Positions 26,269 through 36,220 of a stretch of DNA of 64,000 nucleotides are shown one piece after another. The stretch comes from a virus (taxonomy: Duplodnaviria; Caudoviricetes). The stretch spans positions 4,861 through 68,860 of IMG/VR virus record IMGVR_UViG_2599185271_000005; one strand, 5' to 3'. Both the position numbers and the translations under genes were made by a program. Every line of letters begins with the position of its first letter. Within the stretch, counting starts at the first letter, position 1. The notes under the pieces are model-generated. The model was not told where the DNA came from and ran no database searches. It saw only the letters and a program-made list of their open reading frames with translations.

Positions 26269-27693
26269 GTGCCACGAAAGGTCCGCCGGAAAGGGCCCGG
26301 TCGGTTTTCGGAAGAGGCGCAGATCGCGCTGCGGATCCGGCAGGACCCGCCCTGGTTTTTCCGGAATGTCCTGGGCTATGAGCCATGGAGCATGCAGGAG
26401 CGGATCGCGCTCAGCGTTCGGGATAACCGGCGCACCGCGGTTCCATCCTGCCATGGCGCGGGCAAGTCGAAGGTAGGGGCGGGGCTCTGCCTGTGGTTCG
26501 GGATCGCATTCCCGGGCTGCAAGATCGCGACGACGGCGCCGTCCTTCCGACAGGTGAAGAATATCATCTGGGCGAACATGCGCCAGATGCACGAGCGGGC
26601 CCTCATGCCGCTCGGCGGCGAGCTCTTCACGACCAGGTGGGAGATGGATCCAGAATGGTACGCGTTCGGGTTCACCACCAAGGATCCGGACGCGGTGTCC
26701 GGTATCCACGCTCCGGAGATCTTCATCCTGCTGGATGAGGCGGCCGGCATCCTTAACCCGATCTGGAAGGCGATCGAAGGCCTGACCAGTTCGGCGTTTC
26801 CGCGGGTGCTGTCGATCGGCAACCCGACGGACCCGACGGGCGGGTTCAAGAAGGAATGCGACGATCTAGCGGCCACCAATCCGGAGGCGCTGATCAGGAT
26901 CTCCGCCTTCGACACGCCGAACCTCCAGGCCGGCAAGATTGTCATCCCTGGCCTTACCACTCAGGAGTGGGTCGAAGAGCGCAAGCGGGACTGGGGCGAG
27001 GAATCCCCGCTCTACGTCGCCAAGGTGCTGGGCGAGTTTCCGGACCAGGCGGACGATGCGCTGATACGCATGTCCTGGGCTGAGAAAGCGAAGGTTGCCG
27101 AGTTCGATGATTCGGGCGAGCGGGTGCTCGCCGTTGACGTCGCCCGCTTCGGACGCAACCGGACGGTAGCGTATCTTCGCGAAGGCCGCCGGTATCGTCG
27201 GCACCTCCGCAAGATGGGGCTCGACACGGTGCAGGTGGCGAACCTGGTTTGGGAGCTGATCGAGGATCTCGAGCCCGATCGGGTGGTGATCGACGACAGC
27301 GGCGTCGGTGGGGGCGTAACGGACCAGATCCGAGACAAGATCAGATCCGCCGGCCGTGGACCTGAGATCGACGCCTTCAACGGCCAGAACCAGGCGAACG
27401 ATCCGGACAAGTATTCGAACCGGCGCACCGAGGGTTACTGGACCCTGCGCGGGGATTTCCGGGAAGGGCTTGTCGACATCGAGGACGGCGACGAGTCCGA
27501 CGATGTCATCTCGCAGTTGACGTCGATCCGCTATCGCACGCGAAACCTGGGTCGGCAGGAAGTGCTCCAGATCGAGACCAAAGATGAGATGGAGCGCCGT
27601 GGCATGCCTTCTCCAGACGACGCCGACGCGATCATGATGTCCCGCGCGCCTGCCCAGCAGTCGAAGGTGGTGCGCTTGGCTTGGGGTAGCTGA
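26269..27693 (+). CDS. terL: Terminase large subunit
   Basis: Walker A AVPSCHGAGKS, Walker B ILLDEAAG, SIGNP, nuclease AVDVARFG, IDDSGVGGG, SPDDADA. Confidence 0.96.
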   Translation: MPRKVRRKGPGRFSEEAQIALRIRQDPPWFFRNVLGYEPWSMQERIALSVRDNRRTAVPSCHGAGKSKVGAGLCLWFGIAFPGCKIATTAPSFRQVKNIIWANMRQMHERALMPLGGELFTTRWEMDPEWYAFGFTTKDPDAVSGIHAPEIFILLDEAAGILNPIWKAIEGLTSSAFPRVLSIGNPTDPTGGFKKECDDLAATNPEALIRISAFDTPNLQAGKIVIPGLTTQEWVEERKRDWGEESPLYVAKVLGEFPDQADDALIRMSWAEKAKVAEFDDSGERVLAVDVARFGRNRTVAYLREGRRYRRHLRKMGLDTVQVANLVWELIEDLEPDRVVIDDSGVGGGVTDQIRDKIRSAGRGPEIDAFNGQNQANDPDKYSNRRTEGYWTLRGDFREGLVDIEDGDESDDVISQLTSIRYRTRNLGRQEVLQIETKDEMERRGMPSPDDADAIMMSRAPAQQSKVVRLAWGS

Positions 27694-29027
27694 TGGCCGA
27701 CCTCAATGTCATGCAGGCTCTATCGATGGTCACGCAGCGACTGCGGCTCGCCTGGTACGGGCAGTCGGCGCTGTTCGATGGCCGCCGGAAGGTCTGGGAC
27801 TCGCTCGGCTACCCGGGGCTACGGGAACGCACGGCGGAGTTCTACTGGTTCCGCTACAAGTACCAGGACATCGCGCGCCGCATCGTGCGGGCGCCGGCGG
27901 ACGGGACGTGGCAGAAGCCGCCGGTGGTCCAGGAGGACCCTGATCCGGAGGTCTCAACGCCGTTTGAGCAGGCTTGGGAAACGCTGCAGAAGCGGCTCCA
28001 CGTCTACGCCATGTGCAAGCGCGCCGACCGGATCGCCGGCATCGGACGCTACGGCGTGATCCTGCTCGGCGTGCGCGACGGCCGCAACCTGGACCAACCG
28101 ATGGGGACGCTGTCGAACGAGTCCGACGTGCTCTACCTGTCGGTTTACGGTGAGCCGCACGCGAAGGTCGCCGCCTGGAACAACAACCCGAAGAGCGACC
28201 GGTTCGGCCGGCCAGAGCTCTACGACATCCATCTTGCCGCTGACGTCCAGGGCGGTGGGTTCAAGACCTTCTTCCAGTCCGTCGCGACGACCCGGGTGCA
28301 CTGGACCCGGATCATCCACATCGCAGACGAGTTGGATGAAGACGACATCTTCGGCACGCCGCGCCTCGAAGCGGTGATGAACCGGCTGATCGACATCGAG
28401 AAGATCGTCGGCGGCACCGGTGAGATGTACTGGAATGGCGCCAACCGGGGCATCCAGTGGGACGTCGACAAGGACGCGAAGTTCACCGACGACGACTACC
28501 AACGGCTCGAGACGCAGATCAGCGAATACCTCGACGGTCTGCGCCGGATGGTCAAGACGCAGGGTGTGACGGCCAACGTCCTGGCCTCGAACCAGCCGGA
28601 GCCGCAGGAAGCCCTGCAGGCGTGCATCGCGCTGATCGCCGGCACCACGGGCATTCCCCAGCGGATCCTGATCGGCACCGAGGCTGGCAAACTTGGCTCT
28701 ACCCAGGATGAGCGGGCCTGGACGAACCGGATCGAGGAGCGTCGCGAGAACTTCGCCGAGCCGTTCATCCTCCAGGAGCTGATCAACCGGCTGATCGTGG
28801 CGAAGGCGCTTCCGGCGCCGGCTGCAGGCTACAGCGCAGGCTGGCCAAAGCTGCAGGCCATGAACGCCAGCGAGCGGGCCCAGGTCGGCCAGCGTCTGGC
28901 GAACGCCGCCAAGTCCTTCGCCGATGCTGAGGAGAAGGGGAACAACCCGATCACCGCCGGTGAGTTCCGCGAGCAGATCGGCCTGCCGGCGCTGCCCCCG
29001 TCGAAACCCCAAGCGACACCGGAGTAA
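27693..29027 (+). CDS. Portal protein (DUF1073 family)
   Basis: IARRIV.AP, RVHWTRIIH, GTPRLE.V.N, TGIPQRILIG..G.L.S..DE..W; follows terL. Confidence 0.9.
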   Translation: MADLNVMQALSMVTQRLRLAWYGQSALFDGRRKVWDSLGYPGLRERTAEFYWFRYKYQDIARRIVRAPADGTWQKPPVVQEDPDPEVSTPFEQAWETLQKRLHVYAMCKRADRIAGIGRYGVILLGVRDGRNLDQPMGTLSNESDVLYLSVYGEPHAKVAAWNNNPKSDRFGRPELYDIHLAADVQGGGFKTFFQSVATTRVHWTRIIHIADELDEDDIFGTPRLEAVMNRLIDIEKIVGGTGEMYWNGANRGIQWDVDKDAKFTDDDYQRLETQISEYLDGLRRMVKTQGVTANVLASNQPEPQEALQACIALIAGTTGIPQRILIGTEAGKLGSTQDERAWTNRIEERRENFAEPFILQELINRLIVAKALPAPAAGYSAGWPKLQAMNASERAQVGQRLANAAKSFADAEEKGNNPITAGEFREQIGLPALPPSKPQATPE

Positions 29028-29030
29028 CCC

Positions 29031-30743
29031 ATGCCTCAGGTCTTTCGCACGGGCGTCGAGCACGACGGCCGGTCGCTCCTGCATATCCACGTCACGGCCG
29101 TTCCGGATGCGATCCGCACGGAGACGCTCCGCGGCAAGGAATATCGGGTCGTGCCGATCGTGATGGTGGTCGAGGGCGTCATGTACGGCGCGAACTCGGA
29201 GGCCCCTACACTCTACCGGTCGAGCGTGCTCGCACAGGCGGTCGGGTCCTGGGACGGCAAGCCGGCGGTCTACAACCACCCGCAGCGCGACGGCAACTTC
29301 GTCTCGGCGAACGCCCCTGAGGTCTACGCCGAGGAGACCATTGGCCTGCTGTTCAACACCAAGGTCGAGGACAACCGGCTGAAGACCGAGGCATGGCTCG
29401 ACGTGGGTGCGATCGCCGAGATGGACGGCGAGCGCGGGACGGTGATCGAGCGGCTGGAGTCCGGCGAACCGGTGGAGGTGTCCATGGGCGCCTTCGTGGC
29501 CGAAGAGGTCGAGGCCGGCATGTTCGCGGGCAAGGCCTATGGCCGCGTAGCAACGGCTGTCTGGCCCGATCATCTCGCCATCCTGGATTCGGAGAGCAAG
29601 GGGGCATGCAGCGTTGAAGACGGCTGCGGCGCCCCTCGCATCAACGCCGCCTGTTCGTGCGGAGGCACCTGCGGCACTTGCAAGGAGGCCACCATGCCCG
29701 AGAACACCGTCGTGCTGGAGCGCGTGACCGGAGAAGGCGTCCCGGAGAACCGCTACATCTACCGCCTGCCGGAAGGCACCGACGGCGCGATCGACGGCCT
29801 AGCGCCGTCCGACGGCGTCGCCGTGGTCGACATCGCCGAGCCGCGCCTGAATGCGCGCCGCAGCGCCATCCTGCTGAGCGCTGAGCCGTCGGGAGACGTG
29901 CTGGCCACGATGATGAAGCCGGAAGGGCTCATCTCTCGGCTGGACGCCCTCATGAACCGGCTGCTGGGCCGCTCCAAGCTGACCGCGAACGTTACCATGA
30001 AGGATCTCCGCGAAGCGCTGCAGATGGCGCTGGAGATGGAGGGCGAGGATTACTGGCCCTGGATCGTCGATGTCGAGCCCGGCGAGGGCTCGATGCTGTC
30101 CGGCTACGTGATCTACGAGCGGGACGACATGACGCTGGTCCGGCGCGGCTACACCGTGGAAGCCGGCGGCAGCATCACCCTTTCCGGCGACATGGAGCCG
30201 GTTCGCCGGGAGACCACCTGGCACCCCGTGACGGTAGTCACCACCAACCAGCAGGAGAATGCCATGACGACCATGCAGGAGCGCGTGGCTGCCATCGTCG
30301 CGAACGAGCGCAGCCAGTTCACCGCCGAGGACACCGAGTATCTCGCCGGCCTTTCCGAGGATCGCCTTGGCGCGATCGAGGCGAAGCTGAAGGACAACTC
30401 CGAGACGAAGCCGGCGCCGAAGCTGCCGGAGACCGTCGATGAGTATCTCGCCGCTGCCCCGAAGGGCATCCGCGAGGTGCTGGAGTCCGGCCAGGCCGAA
30501 CTCAAGACGAAGCGCCAGGGCCTGATTAAGCAGGTGCTGGCCGCCGGCGACTCCTTCACCGAGGCCGAGCTTGAGGCGATGGAGACGTCGCTTCTGGCGA
30601 AGATGGCCCGCCAGGTGACGCCCGCCGACTTCCGTGGACAGGGCGCCCCGCGCACCGTCCAGGAGACCGAGGCCACAGGCCCCGGCCACACGCCGATCAC
30701 CTTCGGCGAGCGCGACCCGCGGCACAAGCCGGCCGCGGCCTGA
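29031..30743 (+). CDS. Prohead protease/scaffold protein (DUF2213-like)
   Basis: WDGKPAVYNHP, EVSMG, PDHLAIL..GACS..DGCG; helical scaffold C-terminus. Confidence 0.85.
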   Translation: MPQVFRTGVEHDGRSLLHIHVTAVPDAIRTETLRGKEYRVVPIVMVVEGVMYGANSEAPTLYRSSVLAQAVGSWDGKPAVYNHPQRDGNFVSANAPEVYAEETIGLLFNTKVEDNRLKTEAWLDVGAIAEMDGERGTVIERLESGEPVEVSMGAFVAEEVEAGMFAGKAYGRVATAVWPDHLAILDSESKGACSVEDGCGAPRINAACSCGGTCGTCKEATMPENTVVLERVTGEGVPENRYIYRLPEGTDGAIDGLAPSDGVAVVDIAEPRLNARRSAILLSAEPSGDVLATMMKPEGLISRLDALMNRLLGRSKLTANVTMKDLREALQMALEMEGEDYWPWIVDVEPGEGSMLSGYVIYERDDMTLVRRGYTVEAGGSITLSGDMEPVRRETTWHPVTVVTTNQQENAMTTMQERVAAIVANERSQFTAEDTEYLAGLSEDRLGAIEAKLKDNSETKPAPKLPETVDEYLAAAPKGIREVLESGQAELKTKRQGLIKQVLAAGDSFTEAELEAMETSLLAKMARQVTPADFRGQGAPRTVQETEATGPGHTPITFGERDPRHKPAAA

Positions 30744-30787
30744 TCCACCCCAACGGCGACACCGCCACCTAGCGACAGGAGGGCCCC

Positions 30788-31228
30788 ATGGCCACCCCGA
30801 ACACCATCCGCCTGCGTGGCGGCACTCAGACCGACGAGCGGCTTGCCGCCGCGGCGATCACCCCGGGCGATCTGATCGAGCTGACGTCCGACAACGAGTT
30901 CCAGCGCCAGTCTGTGGCGTCGGGCAACTCGCTGAAGATGTTCGCGCTCGAGAACCCCACGCTCGGCCGGACCATCACCGACGACTACGCGAGCGGCGAC
31001 ACGGTGATCGCGCGGCAGTTCCAGCCGGGCGACCGGGTCTACGCGAACCTCGCCGCCTCCCAGACGATCGTCATCGGCGATCTGCTGGAGGGCAACAACG
31101 CCGGCAAGCTGCAGAAGCACGTCGTGGACTCGACGGGCATCTATTACCACAACCAGATTGTGGGCTTCGCCATCGAGGCGGTGACGACCACCGGCGCGGT
31201 CGGTCGGATCAAGATCCAGATCGTCTGA
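30788..31228 (+). CDS. Capsid decoration/cement protein
   Basis: AAAITPGDLIE..Y.SGD beta-rich pattern; between scaffold and capsid. Confidence 0.75.
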   Translation: MATPNTIRLRGGTQTDERLAAAAITPGDLIELTSDNEFQRQSVASGNSLKMFALENPTLGRTITDDYASGDTVIARQFQPGDRVYANLAASQTIVIGDLLEGNNAGKLQKHVVDSTGIYYHNQIVGFAIEAVTTTGAVGRIKIQIV

Positions 31229-31309
31229 TCGTGGCGGGCGCCACGCCCGCCGCGTCTTCCTGCCCCTGAAATCAGGCCGCAACCGGCCGTTCCATAAGGA
31301 GCCAAGACC

Positions 31310-32341
31310 ATGAACATGGTTGTCTCGGCCGGCGCCCCGGCCAACATCACCCTCAACGGCGCGGGTTCGCTCCGCGATCTTCTCGTGCACGTCGATGCGA
31401 ACCCGATGAACTTCGTGGCTGACATCCGGGCGTTCGATCGCACGCTGCCGGAGGATGCCTGGAAGCAGATCGACCAGCGCATCATCCAGATCGCCAGTGA
31501 GCGTCTTCCACTTACCAGCTATCTGATGGGTCGCGGCCTGATCTATCCGCTGACGGACTTCCTGGGCACGCCCATTCTGCAGACGCAGAAGGCGAGCGAT
31601 ATGGAGGATGCCGACATCTCCATGGAGCCGACGAGCCGTGGCGCGCTCGGCCGTCAGACGTTCAGCGACGTCTATCTGCCGATCCCGATCATCCACAAGC
31701 CGATCGACTTCAGCGTCCGCATGCTGCGCGCCGCTGCCAAGGCGGGTCAGCCGATCGATCTGACGACCTTCCTCACGGTCATGCGGAAGGTGATGGAGCG
31801 CGTCGAGGATGTGTTCGTGAACGGTGCTGCCTCGATCACCGTGACCGTGAACTCGGTCCAGGGGAGCGTGTCTGGCCTGACCTCCTTCTCTGACCGGAAC
31901 ACCGTCGACCTCACGACCAACTGGGACGCGTCCGGCAAGACCGGCGCCCAGATCCTGGATGACGTGCAGGACACGATCGACGCGGCTCGGTCGGACAACA
32001 TGTACGGCCCGTTCCTGCTGTGCGTGCCGAAGAACTATCAGCGCAAGCTGGGCGACGACTACTCGACCGCCTACCGTGGCACCATCCGCCAGCGGCTGCT
32101 GGAACTCGAGGAGATCGAGAACATCATGGTTGTCGACCAGTTGGCCGATGACAACGTGGTGCTGCTGCAGCTCACCGAAGACACCGTGCAGGTGATCGAC
32201 GGTCTGCGGCCGGCGGTCATCCCGCTGGTGCAGAACGAGCTGTTCGTCGAGCCGTATCTCGGCATGGCGTGCATGCTCCCGTACCTGAAGTCGGACAAGG
32301 ACGGCCGCTGCGGCATCGTCCACCTGCGCCCGGCGCCGTAA
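31310..32341 (+). CDS. Major capsid protein (HK97 fold, encapsulin/bacteriocin-like family)
   Basis: WKQIDQRI, LPIPIIHKPI.F..R.L.A, DNMYGPF.L; size and position. Confidence 0.9.
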   Translation: MNMVVSAGAPANITLNGAGSLRDLLVHVDANPMNFVADIRAFDRTLPEDAWKQIDQRIIQIASERLPLTSYLMGRGLIYPLTDFLGTPILQTQKASDMEDADISMEPTSRGALGRQTFSDVYLPIPIIHKPIDFSVRMLRAAAKAGQPIDLTTFLTVMRKVMERVEDVFVNGAASITVTVNSVQGSVSGLTSFSDRNTVDLTTNWDASGKTGAQILDDVQDTIDAARSDNMYGPFLLCVPKNYQRKLGDDYSTAYRGTIRQRLLELEEIENIMVVDQLADDNVVLLQLTEDTVQVIDGLRPAVIPLVQNELFVEPYLGMACMLPYLKSDKDGRCGIVHLRPAP

Positions 32342-32369
32342 CCCGGCTTTCGCTGAAGACTGCTCTATC

Positions 32370-32405
32370 GCGGCCCCCGCTCAAGCGGCGGGGGCTGCTT
32401 CTTCT
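32370..32405 (+). terminator. Putative intrinsic terminator after the capsid gene
   Basis: GC-rich hairpin GCGGCCCCCGC...GCGGGGGCTGC followed by TTCTTCT. Confidence 0.55.
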
Positions 32406-32473
32406 CGACTGCATCTCCCGTCGTCCGGCCTTGCTGGGCGCCCGGACGTGCAGACGATCAACAGGAGAGTGAT

Positions 32474-33019
32474 ATGTCCGACCAGGAGTTCCGCTACCGG
32501 ATCAAGCCGGGGCACAAGCATCACCGTGACGGCAAGCGCTACGGTGCCGGCGACGAGATCGTGTTCCAGCGCTCCATGGCCCGCTCGGACATCGCTCACA
32601 AGCTCGAGCCGCTGAGCGAAGACGCCGAAGCGGCTGCTGCGGCGCCGGTGAACCAGGTCAACACGCTCCGGAAGGCTATCCGGGAGGATGGGGCCTTCGA
32701 TCTGCTCGGCACCGACGGCCGCCGCATCAACGTGGCCGGCATCTCTGAGGAGATCGCCGATCACATCCTGGCGGCCACCACTGCGCCGGAGGAGAAGGCG
32801 CCGGAGACCCCGCAGGAGCCGGCTCCGGTGACGACCGACGGCAAGCCGACAGAGGACAAGCCCTCTGAGGAGGAGCAGTTCAAGCGCCCGTATACGATGG
32901 AGCAGCCGGGCGGCCAGGGCGGCTATGTCGTCAGCGACGCCACCGGCAAGAAGGTCCACGACGCGCCGCGCGTCTCCAAGGCCGTCGCCGAAGAACTCGT
33001 GCGCGCGAACGCCGAGTAA
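32474..33019 (+). CDS. Head-associated hypothetical protein
   Basis: GGAG RBS; HHRDGKRYGAGDEI motif common in post-capsid genes. Confidence 0.75.
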   Translation: MSDQEFRYRIKPGHKHHRDGKRYGAGDEIVFQRSMARSDIAHKLEPLSEDAEAAAAAPVNQVNTLRKAIREDGAFDLLGTDGRRINVAGISEEIADHILAATTAPEEKAPETPQEPAPVTTDGKPTEDKPSEEEQFKRPYTMEQPGGQGGYVVSDATGKKVHDAPRVSKAVAEELVRANAE

Positions 33020-33022
33020 ACT

Positions 33023-33379
33023 ATGGCGGCCCGGGTCACATCCGCCGAGGTCAAGGCGATCGTCACCACGGCGATCGCCGACGTCTCGAACTTCATCGAA
33101 CCGGCTACGCTGATCGTCGACGAGGATCTGGCGGATAAGGGTATGTCGTCCGATCGGCTGACCCAGATCGAGCTCTACCTCGCCGCCCACTTCGTCACCA
33201 TCAGTGAGGAGCGCGGCGGGCTGGTCTCTACGAAGGTGGGTGAGAGCGAAGACCGTTTTCGGCGCTTCGACGGGGCCGGGCTCATGTCGACCCGTTATGG
33301 CGTCATGGCTGCCTCACTCGACACCAGCGGCACCTTGGCGACAATGGGCGGCCGAAAAGCGAGCCTGGAAGCCATCTGA
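33023..33379 (+). CDS. Head-tail adaptor protein
   Basis: RVTSAEVKAI..IELYLAAHF..STRYG..LDTSG. Confidence 0.8.
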   Translation: MAARVTSAEVKAIVTTAIADVSNFIEPATLIVDEDLADKGMSSDRLTQIELYLAAHFVTISEERGGLVSTKVGESEDRFRRFDGAGLMSTRYGVMAASLDTSGTLATMGGRKASLEAI

Positions 33380-34029
33380 TGCCGGTCGAGCGTTTCTGCG
33401 ACCTGCCGGCGTTCTGGGCTGGCGAGACCGTGTTCATCCTGGGCGGCGGCCCATCGTTGCCGAGCTACGACCTGAGCCTGCTGGTTGGTCGACCGGTGAT
33501 CGCCATCAACAACGCCTGGTATGCCCGGCCTGGGGCGGAATACTGGAATGAGGATCCGCCAAAGGCGCCGGGCCCGTGGCCTGTCTGCTTCTTCACCGAC
33601 GGGCCGTGGTGGGACCAGTACGGCGCCGAGGTTGCCGCCTTTCCCGGCCTGAAGTGCACGATCTTCCCGAACCGGCAACTTCCCGCTGTCGCACATCTTC
33701 GGCGGGGCCTCCACCGGATTGTCGACGAGCGAGAAGGCTGGATCGGCTACGGCAATGACGGTGGTCTGAACGCCATCCTGCTCGCACAGAAGCTCGGGGC
33801 ATCTCGGGCCGTGCTGCTCGCCTACGATCAGCGTACGATCGACGGCCGGCACAACTGGCACATGCGGCACGAGCGGCCGATCTACGAAGAGACGTACGAC
33901 TTCCTTTATCAGCCAGGCTACCACGACGTGGCACCGCGGCTGGCCGAACTCGGGCTCGATGTGGTGAACGCCACGGCTGGCAGCGCTCTGACAGCCTTCA
34001 GAACCGGCGACTACCGGGACTTCGTATGA
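33379..34029 (+). CDS. Glycosyltransferase-like protein (Maf/DUF115/GT29-like Rossmann fold)
   Basis: TVFILGGGPSL, VIAINNAW, GGLNAILLA..LGASRAVLLAYD, VVNAT.GSAL..F. Confidence 0.75.
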   Translation: MPVERFCDLPAFWAGETVFILGGGPSLPSYDLSLLVGRPVIAINNAWYARPGAEYWNEDPPKAPGPWPVCFFTDGPWWDQYGAEVAAFPGLKCTIFPNRQLPAVAHLRRGLHRIVDEREGWIGYGNDGGLNAILLAQKLGASRAVLLAYDQRTIDGRHNWHMRHERPIYEETYDFLYQPGYHDVAPRLAELGLDVVNATAGSALTAFRTGDYRDFV

Positions 34030-34649
34030 CGGGCGCTAGCGACGTGCGACCGATCATCGTCCTGACCATGGGGCGCTCCGGCAGTTCCATGGTCGCTGGT
34101 TGCCTCGCACTCCACGGGATGTGGACCGGCGAGTGCCGCCCGGCGGATCGCCACAACCCGAGGGGCTATTTCGAGAACCTCCGGATCAACGGCGCGCTCG
34201 GCGACCTCTATCCGGGGTCGATCTATCGAGACCTGAAACCGGCACCTGCGGATCAGGGTTGGCCGTCCTTCGTGGAGGCCGTTAAGGCGCAGGAGGGATA
34301 CGTTGGCGGCCCATGGCTGGTGAAAACCAACGCCTTCGCTTGGCCCCTGTGGACGCCCTTCGACCCGGTCTTCGTTTTCGTTCGCCGGAATATCGACGCC
34401 ATATCTGCATCCGCCAAGCGGCACGACCCCAAGGCTCCTAACTCCCCCGCAAGGTGGCGCGAGATCGCGCAGGCCCACCAGGTCGAGATGGATGGCGTCC
34501 GCGCTGCCTACGGTGGCTTCGACATCGACTCCCGCAGGCTCGCTGATGGCGATCACGACCAACTGTCGGCCGCCCTAGAGGCCGTCGGCCTGGAAACGGA
34601 TCACGACGCCGTTGCCGCCTTCACGAATCCCGCCCTGCTGACCCACTGA
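34026..34649 (+). CDS. Sulfotransferase-family protein
   Basis: PAPS-binding IIVLTMGRSGSSMVAG, NPRGYFE, WLVK, FVFVRR....S.S. Confidence 0.85.
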   Translation: MTGASDVRPIIVLTMGRSGSSMVAGCLALHGMWTGECRPADRHNPRGYFENLRINGALGDLYPGSIYRDLKPAPADQGWPSFVEAVKAQEGYVGGPWLVKTNAFAWPLWTPFDPVFVFVRRNIDAISASAKRHDPKAPNSPARWREIAQAHQVEMDGVRAAYGGFDIDSRRLADGDHDQLSAALEAVGLETDHDAVAAFTNPALLTH

Positions 34650-34663
34650 TCCAGGAGATCGCG

Positions 34664-36220
34664 GTGGACCTCATCTCAAGCTGCCTCTGCGCGGCGACGA
34701 CCTTCCGTGATTTCGAGCGCAACGGCCTGCGGGTCCGTGAGTGTCAGAGCTGCGGTGCGCTCCACCAGCACGTCGAGATGAGCCTGGATCAGTACGCCGA
34801 CTGGTATCGGCGCCAGTACCACGATGGGCACTATACCCATAGCTTCGCCCACGATCGCAACGTGGCCCGCAAGCGCCTGGACGCCTACCGGATCCCGGCC
34901 GGCGCCCGCCTTCTGGACGTCGGTTGCGCGAATGGCGCCTTCGTGGTGGAGGCCTGCGAGCGTGGGCTCGACGCCTTCGGTCAGGATCTGGCCGATGATG
35001 CGTCGATGGTCCCTGAACGGACCTATTCGGCAGCGCTGGAGGCTATCCACTTCCCGGCCGATCATTTCGACGTGGTGACCATCCACGATGTTCTCGAGCA
35101 TGTGCCCGATCCGGTGAAGTTCCTACTGGAAGTCCGCCGAATCCTGAAGCAGGGCGGCCGACTGCTGCTGGACTTCCCGGCATTCGAGGAGCCGGAAGGC
35201 CGCCACCACTGGAAAGAGGTCGAGCACCTCTGGCTGCTGGGCATCGACGCTCTGGTCGAGCTTCTGTCCGCGACCGGCTTCACCTGTGAAGCGGCCGGAC
35301 ACCCGATCCCGGGCAAGTGGCTGCTGGACTGCCGCGCTCCGCGTGAGAGCCGGACAACGGTCATTCTGCCGCCGGGGATCGGCGACTGCTACTGGTCGCT
35401 GGTCAAGCTGCAGGGGCTGATGGCAGCGCGCGGGTGGGGAGCCGTGGTCGACGTCTGGGTCGAGGAAGCGCGGGACCGGAACCGAGCGGCCGACTTCGTG
35501 CGCCTGGCTCCGTTCGTGTCGTACCAGGGCACGGTTTCGCAGACAGGGAGCCGGCCCGCGTTCCATGAGGCTTATCGGACCGATGGCCGCGCAGTGATCC
35601 CAAACGTGTGCGGCCGCGACTATCTCGTCGCTTTCAACGGAGCGCTTGGGGCTGGCCGAAGCCTCTCGGACGTCGAGCCCGATGCTAAGGCGGACTGGCG
35701 CTACCCGATGTTCCGGTCGCTGGCCCAGGTCGAGGCCGAGCGGGAGTATCGAGAGCGCTTCGGCGAATACGTGGTCGCGTTCTTTGTGGACGGCGGCTTC
35801 TATCACAAGTGGACCGCCCATTTCGGACGCGACGAGATCCGGAAGCTCTTCGAGACCCTGTCCGCGGACCGCACCGTTGTCGTCATGGGAGCGGGCTGGG
35901 ACCAGGGCGGGATCTCCAGTCGCGCCGGCGGGCCTGTGGTCGATCTGTCCGGCAAGACCAACATCGATCAGATGCTCGGCCTTCTCCGTGGCGCCTCGGG
36001 GATCGTCGGCTTCCCGGCGGGCAACACCATCGTTGGCGCCGCTCTCGGCACGCCGACCGTCATGCTCTATCACAACCACTTCGATCGGCGCTTCTGGCTC
36101 AATACCGTCCCGCCGTCCGTCGTTGGCTCGAGCTACGCCGCGCTTGACGTGTCGAAGGTGGGGGTGCCCGACGTCGTGAAGGCGCTGGACGCCATGCTGG
36201 CCGTTCGGTGTGCTGCATGA
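34664..36220 (+). CDS. Fusion of Zn-ribbon/class I SAM methyltransferase and GT9-like glycosyltransferase
   Basis: CLC..CQSCG, LLDVGCANG, FDVVTIHDVLEHVPDP; C-terminal half PPGIGDCYW, DLSGKTNI, VGFPAGN..ALGTPTVML. Confidence 0.85.
   Translation: MDLISSCLCAATTFRDFERNGLRVRECQSCGALHQHVEMSLDQYADWYRRQYHDGHYTHSFAHDRNVARKRLDAYRIPAGARLLDVGCANGAFVVEACERGLDAFGQDLADDASMVPERTYSAALEAIHFPADHFDVVTIHDVLEHVPDPVKFLLEVRRILKQGGRLLLDFPAFEEPEGRHHWKEVEHLWLLGIDALVELLSATGFTCEAAGHPIPGKWLLDCRAPRESRTTVILPPGIGDCYWSLVKLQGLMAARGWGAVVDVWVEEARDRNRAADFVRLAPFVSYQGTVSQTGSRPAFHEAYRTDGRAVIPNVCGRDYLVAFNGALGAGRSLSDVEPDAKADWRYPMFRSLAQVEAEREYRERFGEYVVAFFVDGGFYHKWTAHFGRDEIRKLFETLSADRTVVVMGAGWDQGGISSRAGGPVVDLSGKTNIDQMLGLLRGASGIVGFPAGNTIVGAALGTPTVMLYHNHFDRRFWLNTVPPSVVGSSYAALDVSKVGVPDVVKALDAMLAVRCAA

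Noticed and set aside
27693-29027. Anti-CBASS (Acb1) label sometimes attached to DUF1073 proteins
   Set aside because: Size, motifs and position directly after terL indicate a portal protein
31310-32341. Encapsulin/bacteriocin gene
   Set aside because: Lies in the head operon after the protease and decoration genes, so it is the major capsid protein
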